This document shows positions 18,384 through 27,923 of a DNA stretch of 30,730 nt, piece after piece (the stretch's first letter is position 1; each line of letters starts with the position of its first letter). Under the pieces are notes generated by a model that had not been told where the DNA came from, did no database searches, and saw only the letters and a list, made by a program, of their open reading frames with translations. Location: the sequence record DRR723986_4151; one strand, 5' to 3'. The position numbers and the translations under genes were made by a program.

Positions 18384-18683
18384 CCAACAATCTGCGAAAT
18401 CCGAAATGATATGACTTATTAGTCCTAAGGCAAATAGTCGTGTATATTTTGGTAATAAAAGAACTAAATATACAGCAATGGCATAATAAGAGTGTAGAGA
18501 GTGAAAATTTATACTACATCTATTAGCGTCAAATATTGGATTGGCTAAAAGATGATCTAAGTCTATAATAAAAGCCAACAACATAATTGCGTAAGCTTTT
18601 AACCAGTTTTGTTTATAAAAAACAAGCGCAATTAGTAATGGTAAACCAAAATGAAGCCCATAATGTACTGTATTCTGAATCAC
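18375..18683 (-). CDS. DUF6122-like small membrane protein
   Basis: HYGLH, IDLDHLLANPIFDANRCSINFHSLH, H-x3-D. Metal-hydrolase-like His/Asp pattern. Confidence 0.8.
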   Translation of the reverse strand: MIQNTVHYGLHFGLPLLIALVFYKQNWLKAYAIMLLAFIIDLDHLLANPIFDANRCSINFHSLHSYYAIAVYLVLLLPKYTRLFALGLISHIISDFADCWLM

Positions 18684-18686
18684 TAA

Positions 18687-19295
18687 TTATAAATGTTGAT
18701 TTAATAAATACAACTCTGAATTTGGACCTTCGTTAAATAGCAAATCTAAGATGCTGAGGTTTTCAATAAAGCCATGTTTATGACTGAAAACCTGTTGGTA
18801 TGGCGTTGTTACAATAGGAGTACTTTTTCTAGTTACTAAATATCTGAAGTCTGTAGCTTCTGGCTCTAGCTCAAAAAGTTCAGTTTTTAAATAAGAGAAT
18901 TCTAGTTGCATGCAATTTTTGAGAAGGTCTAAACAGGCTAAATTTAAATCTAGAATAAAACTAAACTTTGTATTAAATAGTGGTAATAGATCATCTATAT
19001 AATACTCAAAAAATGGAGACATTCTGTAAGCTGACTCTAAAGATTTAAGATGCAATTGCTGCCATTTATCTTCATTTGCAATTCTTACGTCTTTATATAA
19101 TTGTCTGTTTTTCTGCGTGTAATTTACAGGCACAGTCAGTGCTAGTTTTCCATTGGCACCATAAATTTCAGTTCTATTTCTAAAAGTTTGCTTTTGGTAA
19201 TTGTCGCACACTTCAAGATATAGTGCCTCAGACTTAATCATAACCACAAAATGTGACAGATTAGGAAAATAAGTAGGATATATAAGACCCTTCAT
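18687..19295 (-). CDS. WbqC family protein
   Basis: YQKQTFRNRTEI, LTVPV, AYRMSPFFEYY, YQQVF, NLSILDLLFNEGP. Confidence 0.9.
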   Translation of the reverse strand: MKGLIYPTYFPNLSHFVVMIKSEALYLEVCDNYQKQTFRNRTEIYGANGKLALTVPVNYTQKNRQLYKDVRIANEDKWQQLHLKSLESAYRMSPFFEYYIDDLLPLFNTKFSFILDLNLACLDLLKNCMQLEFSYLKTELFELEPEATDFRYLVTRKSTPIVTTPYQQVFSHKHGFIENLSILDLLFNEGPNSELYLLNQHL

Positions 19296-19319
19296 GTCAT
19301 ATTTATTAAAGAAAGGTTT

Positions 19320-20927
19320 TTAGGTAGATTTAGCCTTCTTTTTCTTTCTCCATTTGTTATAAAAAGTAAGACCAAATACAACAACTAAGAATGGAATTAG
19401 ATACGATGTGCGTTCACCATTACCACTTACAGTTGTGAAAATTCTATCCCAACGAGGTCTCCAGTTTTTAAGCCCATCATTTATGCCGTCAATACTCATC
19501 CAGATAAATACAGGCTTACCAAAAATGTGATTATATGGTACAAATCCCCAAGCTCTGGCATCTATTGAATTATGACGGTTGTCTCCCATCATCCAATAGT
19601 AATCTTGTTTAAATTTATAAGAGGTAGCAGGTTTATCATTAATAAAAATCTGATTACCTCTGGTGACTACTTTATTGCCTTCATATTCACCAATGGCACG
19701 TTTGTATAGTGCTATGTTTTCAGCATCTAATTGTACAGTAGCTCCTGCTTTAGGTATCCATAAAGGTCCAAAATGATCAATATTCCAATTGTAATTTGGG
19801 TCTCTTGGAAACACATCACCTCTAACTCCTTTTTCTTGTTTTAAGGCTTTAATGTCTGCAACTTCAGGATGATTTTTTAATTGAGCAATAGCATTGTCAG
19901 TAGCAGCTGGGACTATGAAAGATAGTTGAGTGCTACCATAATTAGGAAAGTCTGTTATATCATACTTCCTTAATATATCTATAATCCTTGAAGGTTGAAG
20001 GTTCCTTTTAAAAGTTACTTCATAAGAGAATTGTAAATGTGTTCTTGGTGGTAGTTTATTCTGTTTACCATTAATAAACACATAGCCATTTCTTATTTCT
20101 AAGGTGTCTCCTGCAACGGCAACGCAGCGCTTTACAAGATTTGTTTTCTTGTCAATAGGTTTATAGTAATTACGATCTGGAGTAAAATCGTTCATATTTA
20201 ATAAAGTATCTGCTGGTTGATTAAATACAACAATGTCATTACGTTCAACTTTTTCAAATCCTGGAAGCCTAAAATAGGGTATTTGTAATTTATTTTTCCA
20301 TGATGAATTGCGCTCTTCAAAATTGTCATCATATAAATATGACTTTATACCTAGCTTTGGTACAGTATCATGAACCATTGGTGCGGCTACAGTTGTCATT
20401 GGTCCTCTCGCACCATAATGTATTTTACTTACAATAAGAAAGTCACCTACTAGTAGTGATTTTTCTAAAGATGAAGAGGGAATAACAAAAGGCTGAAAGA
20501 AATACGTATGTACAATTGTTGCAGCAACAACTGCAAATAAAATTGAGGTAATCCATTCGCCAGAAGATGTTTTCGGTGTAAGCTTTCTGTTTTCAATATA
20601 CTCAACATCGGCTACGTAGTTGAGGTAGTATAAATAAAACCCTAAGGTTACAATACAAATTAGCGCATCTAATTTTGTGTCTTTACCAAATGCTCTGGCC
20701 GTTTCCACCCATGCCGCAGGAATCATAATGAGATTTACAATAGGTAAAAACATTAAAATCACCCACCACCAAGGGCGCGTAATGATTTTCATTAGTATAA
20801 CCGCATTATAAACAGGTACAAATGCTTCCCAAGCTTGTCGCCCAGCTTTTATGTATAATTTCCATGTACCAAGTCCATGTATTATTTGTAGTATTAGTAA
20901 AAAGATAAACCACTGTGTCCAGCTCAT
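19320..20927 (-). CDS. lepB: Signal peptidase I with N-terminal DUF5684-like membrane domain
   Basis: IPSSSLEKSLLVGD catalytic Ser box, VKRC catalytic Lys, MMGDNRHNSIDARAWGFVP. Confidence 0.95.
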   Translation of the reverse strand: MSWTQWFIFLLILQIIHGLGTWKLYIKAGRQAWEAFVPVYNAVILMKIITRPWWWVILMFLPIVNLIMIPAAWVETARAFGKDTKLDALICIVTLGFYLYYLNYVADVEYIENRKLTPKTSSGEWITSILFAVVAATIVHTYFFQPFVIPSSSLEKSLLVGDFLIVSKIHYGARGPMTTVAAPMVHDTVPKLGIKSYLYDDNFEERNSSWKNKLQIPYFRLPGFEKVERNDIVVFNQPADTLLNMNDFTPDRNYYKPIDKKTNLVKRCVAVAGDTLEIRNGYVFINGKQNKLPPRTHLQFSYEVTFKRNLQPSRIIDILRKYDITDFPNYGSTQLSFIVPAATDNAIAQLKNHPEVADIKALKQEKGVRGDVFPRDPNYNWNIDHFGPLWIPKAGATVQLDAENIALYKRAIGEYEGNKVVTRGNQIFINDKPATSYKFKQDYYWMMGDNRHNSIDARAWGFVPYNHIFGKPVFIWMSIDGINDGLKNWRPRWDRIFTTVSGNGERTSYLIPFLVVVFGLTFYNKWRKKKKAKST

Positions 20928-20990
20928 AATTTTTTATTTTGTCTCGTGTAGGTTGAAAATTATTTTAATATGTTTCAATTATTGGGCAAA

Positions 20991-21692
20991 TTAACCAATG
21001 TTTAACACATCTTTCATTTTGAAAATGCCTTTTTTATCTTTAATCCATTCGGCAGCAATTACTGCACCTAATGCAAATCCCTGTCTGCTATGCGCAGTAT
21101 GCTTTATGCTTAATGAATCAATTTCAGAATTATAAGTTATTTCGTGTGTGCCAGGAACATTTTCTATACGTTTAGCCTCTATGTGCAATTCGTTATTCTG
21201 AGCTTGGTCTAACGTCCAGTTACTATAGGATGAATTAGCTATTATTTGTTCAGCTAAAGTAATAGCGGTTCCACTTGGTGCATCTAGTTTTTGGGTATGA
21301 TGAATTTCTTCAATCGATGCCTTATAATCAGGAAGATCAGCCATTAGTTTACTGAGCCTACTATTAATTTCAAAAAAAATATTTACACCTAAACTAAAAT
21401 TTGAAGCATATAAAAATGTGCCACTTTTTGATTTGCAATAGTCTACAATATGGTTGTATTGATCTAACCAACCAGTTGTGCCTGAAATTACAGGGACATT
21501 GGCGTCTAATGCTCTTTTAATATTTTCTACAGCAGTAGAAGGGAGGCTGAAATCAATGGCTACATCTGTATCACTAAAATCAAAAGTTGAAGTTTTACTG
21601 CTAGCTTTAAGTGTAATGGAATGATTGCGTTGCAAAGCAATAGTTTCAATACTTTTTCCCATTTTACCATAACCAAGAAGTGCTATTTTCAT
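20991..21692 (-). CDS. dapB: 4-hydroxy-tetrahydrodipicolinate reductase
   Basis: GYGKMG, GTTGW, ASNFSLGVN, EIHHTQKLDAPSGTA. Confidence 0.97.
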   Translation of the reverse strand: MKIALLGYGKMGKSIETIALQRNHSITLKASSKTSTFDFSDTDVAIDFSLPSTAVENIKRALDANVPVISGTTGWLDQYNHIVDYCKSKSGTFLYASNFSLGVNIFFEINSRLSKLMADLPDYKASIEEIHHTQKLDAPSGTAITLAEQIIANSSYSNWTLDQAQNNELHIEAKRIENVPGTHEITYNSEIDSLSIKHTAHSRQGFALGAVIAAEWIKDKKGIFKMKDVLNIG

Positions 21693-21694
21693 AC

Positions 21695-22297
21695 TTAAAA
21701 TTTAAAATTAAGAGTTAATCCTAAATCTGATGAATTTTCCATTTCGTTATATTGAAAATGAGGGCTTAAACTTAGATTTTCATCAACGTTAAATTGTAAT
21801 AAATGCGCATCTACGTTGGCGTCTATAATATTTAATGCGTAAAGACCTAAGGTAATCAGTAATGAAACTTCCTTGTTTCTTCTAAATTGTTGTTGAGCTC
21901 TAATGAGTCCGTCATTGGAAATTAAGGGTGTATCACCATCGCCATAAAACTCATCATCTGTGAAACCGGCTAATCGTCTTTTATAAGCACCTCTGTAGCG
22001 ATCAAACTGCTTATCGTTTCTAACATAAAAATAAACTCCGGCACCAATGGCTCCCCAAACTATAGGAACTTTCCAGTACTTTTTATTGTACGCTTGCCCT
22101 AACCCAGGCAAAATCGCAGAGTAGAAGGCTGCCTTAGATGGTCTTAACGGATCTATAGGTTGTCTTTTTAAAGTTTGATTCGCAATTATTGGTGTTTGAT
22201 CTAAAGCAATACTAGTACTATCCTTTTCCTTTTGAGAAAATGAAAATAGAACAGAAAATAAGCACAAGGCTAAAGTATAGATGTGTTTATTTAGCAC
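21695..22297 (-). CDS. DUF5683 family protein
   Basis: Signal peptide, PSKAAFYSAILPGLGQAYNKKYWKVP, NIIDANVDAHL, C-terminal Phe. Confidence 0.85.
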   Translation of the reverse strand: MLNKHIYTLALCLFSVLFSFSQKEKDSTSIALDQTPIIANQTLKRQPIDPLRPSKAAFYSAILPGLGQAYNKKYWKVPIVWGAIGAGVYFYVRNDKQFDRYRGAYKRRLAGFTDDEFYGDGDTPLISNDGLIRAQQQFRRNKEVSLLITLGLYALNIIDANVDAHLLQFNVDENLSLSPHFQYNEMENSSDLGLTLNFKF

Positions 22298-23189
22298 GTT
22301 GAACTAACTTTTTAATGCGATTGAAATCTTCTTCAGAATGAAAAGGTATTGTAATTTTTCCGCTTCCGTTTTTTGCTAGCTTAACATCAATTTTATGACC
22401 AAAGTATTCTGAAAATTCTTTAACGCCTTTTTTAATGAATTTAGGTATTTCTGATTCAGAGCTTTTTGGTTTTTCAGGCGACTCAGAATTTAGACTCTTT
22501 ACCAATTGTTCAGTAGCTCTTACAGATAGTTTGTTGCTAATCACTTTTTCGTAAACTTCGAGCTGATCTATCTGATTTTCAATATTAACCATAGCTCTAC
22601 CATGACCCATACTAATAAAACCATCTCTCATTCCTGTTTGAATAATTGGATCTAATTTTAAAAGCCTTAAATAATTAGCGATAGTAGAACGCTTCTTTCC
22701 AACACGTTCACTCATTTGCTCTTGAGTTAGGTTTATTTCGTCAATTAATCGTTGGTATGATAAAGCGATTTCTATAGGGTCTAAATCTTGGCGTTGAATG
22801 TTTTCTACCAAAGCCATTTCTAATGACTCCTGGTCATTTGCAATTCTGATATAGGCCGGAATAGCTTTTAGACCAATTAATTTTGATGCTCTAAAACGAC
22901 GTTCACCAGATACAAGTTGGTACTTGTTAAAAGCTAACTTTCTAACTGTAATGGGTTGTATAACACCAAGTTCTCGTATTGAAGAAGCTAATTCTCTTAG
23001 AGATTCCTCGTTAAAGTTAGTTCTCGGTTGAAAAGGGTTTACCTCTATACTGTCAATATCTAATTCAACAATATTACCAACTACCTTATCTGCATTTTTA
23101 TCTTCTGCAGAATTGATATCGTTATCAGGATCTTTCAGTAGCGCCGAAAGCCCTCTTCCTAGTGCCTGTTTTTTAGTTGCCTTGGCCAT
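22287..23189 (-). CDS. parB: Chromosome partitioning protein ParB (Spo0J)
   Basis: ALGRGLSALL, NPFQPR, GERRFRA (CTP-binding box), ENIQRQDL, HTH RSTIANYLRLL. Confidence 0.97.
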   Translation of the reverse strand: MAKATKKQALGRGLSALLKDPDNDINSAEDKNADKVVGNIVELDIDSIEVNPFQPRTNFNEESLRELASSIRELGVIQPITVRKLAFNKYQLVSGERRFRASKLIGLKAIPAYIRIANDQESLEMALVENIQRQDLDPIEIALSYQRLIDEINLTQEQMSERVGKKRSTIANYLRLLKLDPIIQTGMRDGFISMGHGRAMVNIENQIDQLEVYEKVISNKLSVRATEQLVKSLNSESPEKPKSSESEIPKFIKKGVKEFSEYFGHKIDVKLAKNGSGKITIPFHSEEDFNRIKKLVQRAK

Positions 23190-23955
23190 TTAATTCATTT
23201 TTTGTGATCAACTCCTTTGCTAAGCTCAAATAGTTAGCAGCTCCTTTACTACTTACATCATAGTTAATTATACTTTCTCCATAGCTCGGTGCCTCACCTA
23301 ATCTCACATTTCGTTGAATGATAGTTTCAAAAACCATATCCGTGAAGTGTTTTTGTACTTCCTCAACAACTTGGTTTGATAAGCGTAATCTTGAATCGAA
23401 CATTGTTAATAACATACCTTCTATGTCTAACGCTTCGTTATGTATTTTCTGTACACTTTTAATAGTATTTAACAGTTTACCCAATCCTTCTAATGCAAAA
23501 TACTCACATTGAATAGGGATTATAACAGAATCTGAAGCTGTAAGTGCATTTAAAGTTAGTAATCCTAATGATGGTGCACAATCAATTAGTACATAATCAT
23601 ACTCAGATTTTAAATCAGCAACTGCTTTTTTAAGCATGTATTCACGCTCATCTTTATCAACCAGTTCAATTTCTATGGCAACAAGATCTATATGTGCCGG
23701 AATCACGTCGACATTTGGTGCATTTGAAGATACTATCGCTTCTTTTGCGGATTTTGTATGTTCTAGTACTTGGTATGAGCCAATTTCTACAGCATCAACG
23801 TCTATCCCTAAGCCAGAACTGGCATTGGCTTGCGGATCTGCATCTATAAGTAGGACTTTCTTCTCTAGAGCACCTAAAGAAGCAGCTAAATTAACTGAGG
23901 TTGTTGTTTTACCAACACCACCTTTTTGATTAGCAATTGCAATGATTTTACCCAT
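23173..23955 (-). CDS. parA: Chromosome partitioning ATPase ParA (Soj)
   Basis: NQKGGVGKTTT, DADPQAN, DCAPSLG, QCEYFALEGL, EAPSYG. Confidence 0.97.
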   Translation of the reverse strand: MGKIIAIANQKGGVGKTTTSVNLAASLGALEKKVLLIDADPQANASSGLGIDVDAVEIGSYQVLEHTKSAKEAIVSSNAPNVDVIPAHIDLVAIEIELVDKDEREYMLKKAVADLKSEYDYVLIDCAPSLGLLTLNALTASDSVIIPIQCEYFALEGLGKLLNTIKSVQKIHNEALDIEGMLLTMFDSRLRLSNQVVEEVQKHFTDMVFETIIQRNVRLGEAPSYGESIINYDVSSKGAANYLSLAKELITKNELNGQGN

Positions 23956-24045
23956 TAATTGATTTGGTTTAATAAGGGTTTAAAAATACGATTAATTATG
24001 GGTTTTGAAAATGGAAGTTGTTAACAGTTTGTTAGTGAATATTGA

Positions 24046-25137
24046 TTATTCTCTATTAAGTTCTTGAAGCCCAAATAATTCATTTATTGCTTCAAATACT
24101 TGGTCTTGATCTGAGGTTTTTTTCCATCCTTTTTCTGCCAAGAGCGTTCTTACCTCACTTAAAGAATTATCTTTTTCAAGTAAATAGACCGTATAATCAA
24201 TTACCTCTGATGGAATTCTGGTAATAGCATAGTCTATAATTGTAAAAGTCACTCTATGCAGTGCAATGAAATATGCCAAAGCTATGTGCAAACTCCAAAG
24301 AATGATATGTCCAATCCATTGAGCATATAAATTATCACTGAGTTTAAGGTCGCTATTAAAACGATAGCTTAAATAATCAATAAAACCAAAATTTTCATAA
24401 TGGCTGTTATAATTTATGAGTATATACTGCGTAAAAAAGTTTGTCACCAATCCTAGTAGCAATATTCCCAAAATGATAAGTTTACTATGATTGTAATCGA
24501 TATAGTTTGTTTTTGTTAACGTCTTACCAAGGAAATGACCAACATAAAGACCAGTACCTAGTTCATAGATACCAGCAATATGACGGAAGACATAAGTTAA
24601 GAACCCAATTATTACACCAATACTAAGAGCGATGCAAAAGCTTCCGATTATTGTGTTAATTAGATTTGGTTCCGAACTTTCTTTTGGTTGAGGAAGTGTT
24701 GTAGGTACGTCGTAATCTTCCCAATTATTTCGTTTTTTGAATTCGTCCTCAAGCTCTTTTATTTTGTCATTGGCACTGTATTCTTTTTCTAGTTTCTTAA
24801 AGAGAGCTATGAATAATCCGGTACGCTTTGAGTTTTTACCTAAGTCGGTTAAATGTCCCTCTAGCGATTTACTATGAACCTCAATTCTACCAGAAGGTTT
24901 TCTGGTTACGGTAACTTTGGCGGTTAACTTGTTCCATTGATTTTTACGTTTGGCTTCAACAGATTTATCGTCTGTATAGACTATAGGCCAGTCTAATAGC
25001 CTAAAAACTTCTTGAATCAAAGGAATTATTTGGCCTTCCTCAATGGTGGGTTTAAAACTTTCAGAATATTGCGGATTTATTCTATTGCTAAAACGTCGTT
25101 TTACGGAATGCTGAAGATCTTCTAATTCTTTATTCAT
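24046..25137 (-). CDS. Hypothetical membrane protein (soluble N-domain, about 4 TM, soluble tail)
   Basis: 363-aa ORF filling the scpA-parA gap, with hydrophobic segments at about aa 160-295. Confidence 0.8.
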   Translation of the reverse strand: MNKELEDLQHSVKRRFSNRINPQYSESFKPTIEEGQIIPLIQEVFRLLDWPIVYTDDKSVEAKRKNQWNKLTAKVTVTRKPSGRIEVHSKSLEGHLTDLGKNSKRTGLFIALFKKLEKEYSANDKIKELEDEFKKRNNWEDYDVPTTLPQPKESSEPNLINTIIGSFCIALSIGVIIGFLTYVFRHIAGIYELGTGLYVGHFLGKTLTKTNYIDYNHSKLIILGILLLGLVTNFFTQYILINYNSHYENFGFIDYLSYRFNSDLKLSDNLYAQWIGHIILWSLHIALAYFIALHRVTFTIIDYAITRIPSEVIDYTVYLLEKDNSLSEVRTLLAEKGWKKTSDQDQVFEAINELFGLQELNRE

Positions 25138-25158
25138 TTAATTAACCTGAACACTAAA

Positions 25159-27279
25159 TTAGTCAATCAAAATCTCCAAAATTTGTATAGCAGCATCACT
25201 AATCTTTGTTCCAGGGCCAAATACAGCTACAGCTCCAGCATCGAATAAATATTGATAATCTTGCTTTGGTATTACACCACCTACAATAACCATAATATCA
25301 TCTCTACCATAACTTTTAAGTTCTTCAATAACTTGTGGCACTAAAGTTTTGTGCCCAGCAGCTAGTGATGAGACACCTAGTATGTGTACATCGTTTTCTA
25401 CGGCTTGTTTAGCAGCTTCTTTCGGTGTTTGGAAAAGTGGGCCAATATCTACATCAAAACCAACATCTGCATAACCAGTAGCGACTACTTTTGCACCTCT
25501 GTCATGACCATCTTGTCCCATTTTTGCAATCATAATACGTGGTCTTCGACCATCTTGTTCAGCGAATTTGTCAGCAAGTTCTCTTGCTTTCTGAAAACTC
25601 TTATCATCCTTAATTTCTTTACTGTACACTCCGCTAAATGATTTTATTTGTGCTTTATAACGACCAAACTCTGCTTCTAAAGCGTCACTAATTTCGCCCA
25701 ATGATGCGCGTTTTCTTGCTGCATCCACTGCTAAAGCTAATAAATTTTCTTCACCTGATTTAGCAGCTTTTGTTAATTTAGTTAAAGCTTCACTAACTTC
25801 GTCATTGTTTCGTGATGCTTTAATAGTATTTAATCTCTCAATCTGTTGGTTTCTAACGGTTTGGTTGTCTACTTCAAGTGTTTGTATTGGGTCTTCTTGT
25901 TCTAGACGGTATTTGTTGACACCAACAATAACGTCTTGCCCAGAATCAATTCTGGCTTGTTTTCTAGCAGCAGCTTCTTCAATTCGTAATTTTGGAATAC
26001 CAGCCTCTATAGCTTTAGTCATTCCTCCTAATTCTTCAACTTCTTCTATTAGTTTCCAGGCTTTGTTTGCGATTTCATCAGTAAGGCTTTCTACGTAATA
26101 ACTACCTGCCCAAGGATCTACAGTTTTGGTGATGTGTGTTTCTTCCTGTAAATATATCTGGGTATTACGTGCTATTCTTGCAGAAAAATCTGTTGGTAAA
26201 GCAATAGCTTCATCTAGTGCATTGGTGTGTAAACTTTGGGTACCTCCAAATGCTGCTGCAGCTGCTTCAATACAGGTTCTTGCAACATTATTAAAAGGAT
26301 CTTGCTCTGTTAAACTCCAACCAGAAGTTTGGCAGTGTGTTCTTAATGCTAACGATTTAGGGTTTTTAGGATTAAATTGTTTTACCAATTTTGCCCAAAG
26401 CATTCGCGCGGCACGCATTTTTGCTATTTCCATAAAATGGTTCATGCCAATGGCCCAAAAGAAGGATAGGCGAGGAGCAAACGTATCTATATCCATACCT
26501 GCTTCCAGCCCTTTGCTTATGTATTCTAAGCCATCAGCTAACGTATAGGCCAATTCAATATCGCAAGTAGCGCCAGCTTCTTGCATATGATAGCCTGAAA
26601 TACTAATGCTGTTAAATTTCGGCATGTTTTTACTGGTATACTCAAATATATCTGAGATTATTTTCATAGAAGGAGTAGGAGGGTAAATGTAGGTGTTACG
26701 TACCATGAACTCTTTTAAAATATCATTTTGAATAGTACCTGCTAATTGCTCTGGTTTCACACCTTGCTCTTCTGCAGCAACAATATAAAAAGCCATAATT
26801 GGTAATACTGCACCATTCATTGTCATTGAAACAGACATTTTATCTAGTGGAATCTGATCGAATAACACTTTCATGTCTTCTACTGAGTCTATCGCTACAC
26901 CTGCTTTACCAACATCACCAACAACACGTTCGTGATCAGAATCGTATCCTCTATGCGTAGCTAAATCAAAAGCTACGGATAATCCTTTTTGACCTGCAGC
27001 AAGATTTCTTCTGTAAAATGCATTGCTTTCTTCGGCAGTTGAAAAACCTGCGTATTGCCTAATTGTCCATGGTCGTCTAACATACATTGTTGAATAAGGA
27101 CCACGTAGATTTGGTGCTATGCCAGCAACAAAATCTAGATGTTCTAAATCTTTGACGTCATTTGGTGTATAGGACGATTTAACATCTATATCTTCTGCCG
27201 TATGAAATTTTCTTACAGAGTCAGCTGATGTATTTGCCTTTGCTGATTTTAGACTTATATGTTGTAGTGATTTTCTCAT
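25159..27279 (-). CDS. scpA: Methylmalonyl-CoA mutase, catalytic B12-binding subunit
   Basis: [43 protein letters not shown] (DxHxxG), SSLAAGH. Confidence 0.97.
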   Translation of the reverse strand: MRKSLQHISLKSAKANTSADSVRKFHTAEDIDVKSSYTPNDVKDLEHLDFVAGIAPNLRGPYSTMYVRRPWTIRQYAGFSTAEESNAFYRRNLAAGQKGLSVAFDLATHRGYDSDHERVVGDVGKAGVAIDSVEDMKVLFDQIPLDKMSVSMTMNGAVLPIMAFYIVAAEEQGVKPEQLAGTIQNDILKEFMVRNTYIYPPTPSMKIISDIFEYTSKNMPKFNSISISGYHMQEAGATCDIELAYTLADGLEYISKGLEAGMDIDTFAPRLSFFWAIGMNHFMEIAKMRAARMLWAKLVKQFNPKNPKSLALRTHCQTSGWSLTEQDPFNNVARTCIEAAAAAFGGTQSLHTNALDEAIALPTDFSARIARNTQIYLQEETHITKTVDPWAGSYYVESLTDEIANKAWKLIEEVEELGGMTKAIEAGIPKLRIEEAAARKQARIDSGQDVIVGVNKYRLEQEDPIQTLEVDNQTVRNQQIERLNTIKASRNNDEVSEALTKLTKAAKSGEENLLALAVDAARKRASLGEISDALEAEFGRYKAQIKSFSGVYSKEIKDDKSFQKARELADKFAEQDGRRPRIMIAKMGQDGHDRGAKVVATGYADVGFDVDIGPLFQTPKEAAKQAVENDVHILGVSSLAAGHKTLVPQVIEELKSYGRDDIMVIVGGVIPKQDYQYLFDAGAVAVFGPGTKISDAAIQILEILID

Positions 27280-27913
27280 AATATCATTTTTTCAATAAAC
27301 GGGTCGAAATAAATTTCAAATGGTGCCATTAGATTTATGAGTACCGTTTTATTATTTGACGATATAAAATAGGCATGTTGAAATACCTGTTGTTGTAGTT
27401 TTTTATCTTCTAATTTGAAAATGGCTTTAAAGATTTGAGTCTTGCCATTATCATTATGCTTTGCTGTAATTTTTGTGTAATCTAGACCAGATTGACGAGA
27501 AAATTCTTCTTGATTTTGTCTTATCATTCCCAGTAGAAATTTAGCATCTTGTCTAGTAATTGGAGTATATGGAACAGAATTTAGAGTGTAGGTGGCGTTA
27601 ACAGTTTTATCGAAAAAAATGTAATGATTGCCTTCCATTTCTCGCAGATATTTTATTCGACTGCGTTCAATTTCTAAGTCTTTATTATCAACTACTGATG
27701 AGTCTAACAATTTTAAATATTCTATAGTGGCATATTTATTAAAACTCTCTGGCAGAAATATTTTAATTCCATCATCACCTAAGTAATGTGTCTCTCCTTC
27801 AAAGGTTTCAATGTCTTCAACTTGCGTCCAATCTGTAATTTCTTTAACGACTTCAAAACAAGAATAGCAGAGTAGGCATAAAATAGCACAAAAAGTTACT
27901 ATAGATTTTCTCA
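27269..27913. repeat. 10-bp direct repeat GATTTTCTCA at 27269-27278 and 27904-27913
   Basis: Read directly from the sequence. The two copies sit at the starts of scpA and of the gene upstream of it, in the same codon phase. Confidence 0.5.
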
Positions 27914-27920
27914 ATACCAT
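27276..27920 (-). CDS. Hypothetical protein, possible lipoprotein
   Basis: 214 aa with a signal peptide ending LCYSC. Its stop overlaps the scpA start (ATGA). Confidence 0.8.
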   Translation of the reverse strand: MVLRKSIVTFCAILCLLCYSCFEVVKEITDWTQVEDIETFEGETHYLGDDGIKIFLPESFNKYATIEYLKLLDSSVVDNKDLEIERSRIKYLREMEGNHYIFFDKTVNATYTLNSVPYTPITRQDAKFLLGMIRQNQEEFSRQSGLDYTKITAKHNDNGKTQIFKAIFKLEDKKLQQQVFQHAYFISSNNKTVLINLMAPFEIYFDPFIEKMIL

Positions 27921-27923
27921 ATT

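Noticed and set aside
20900..24100. parS site or oriC near parAB
   Set aside because: By eye I found no TGTTTCACGTGAAACA-like palindrome and no cluster of TTATCCACA boxes. The intergenic gaps are short.
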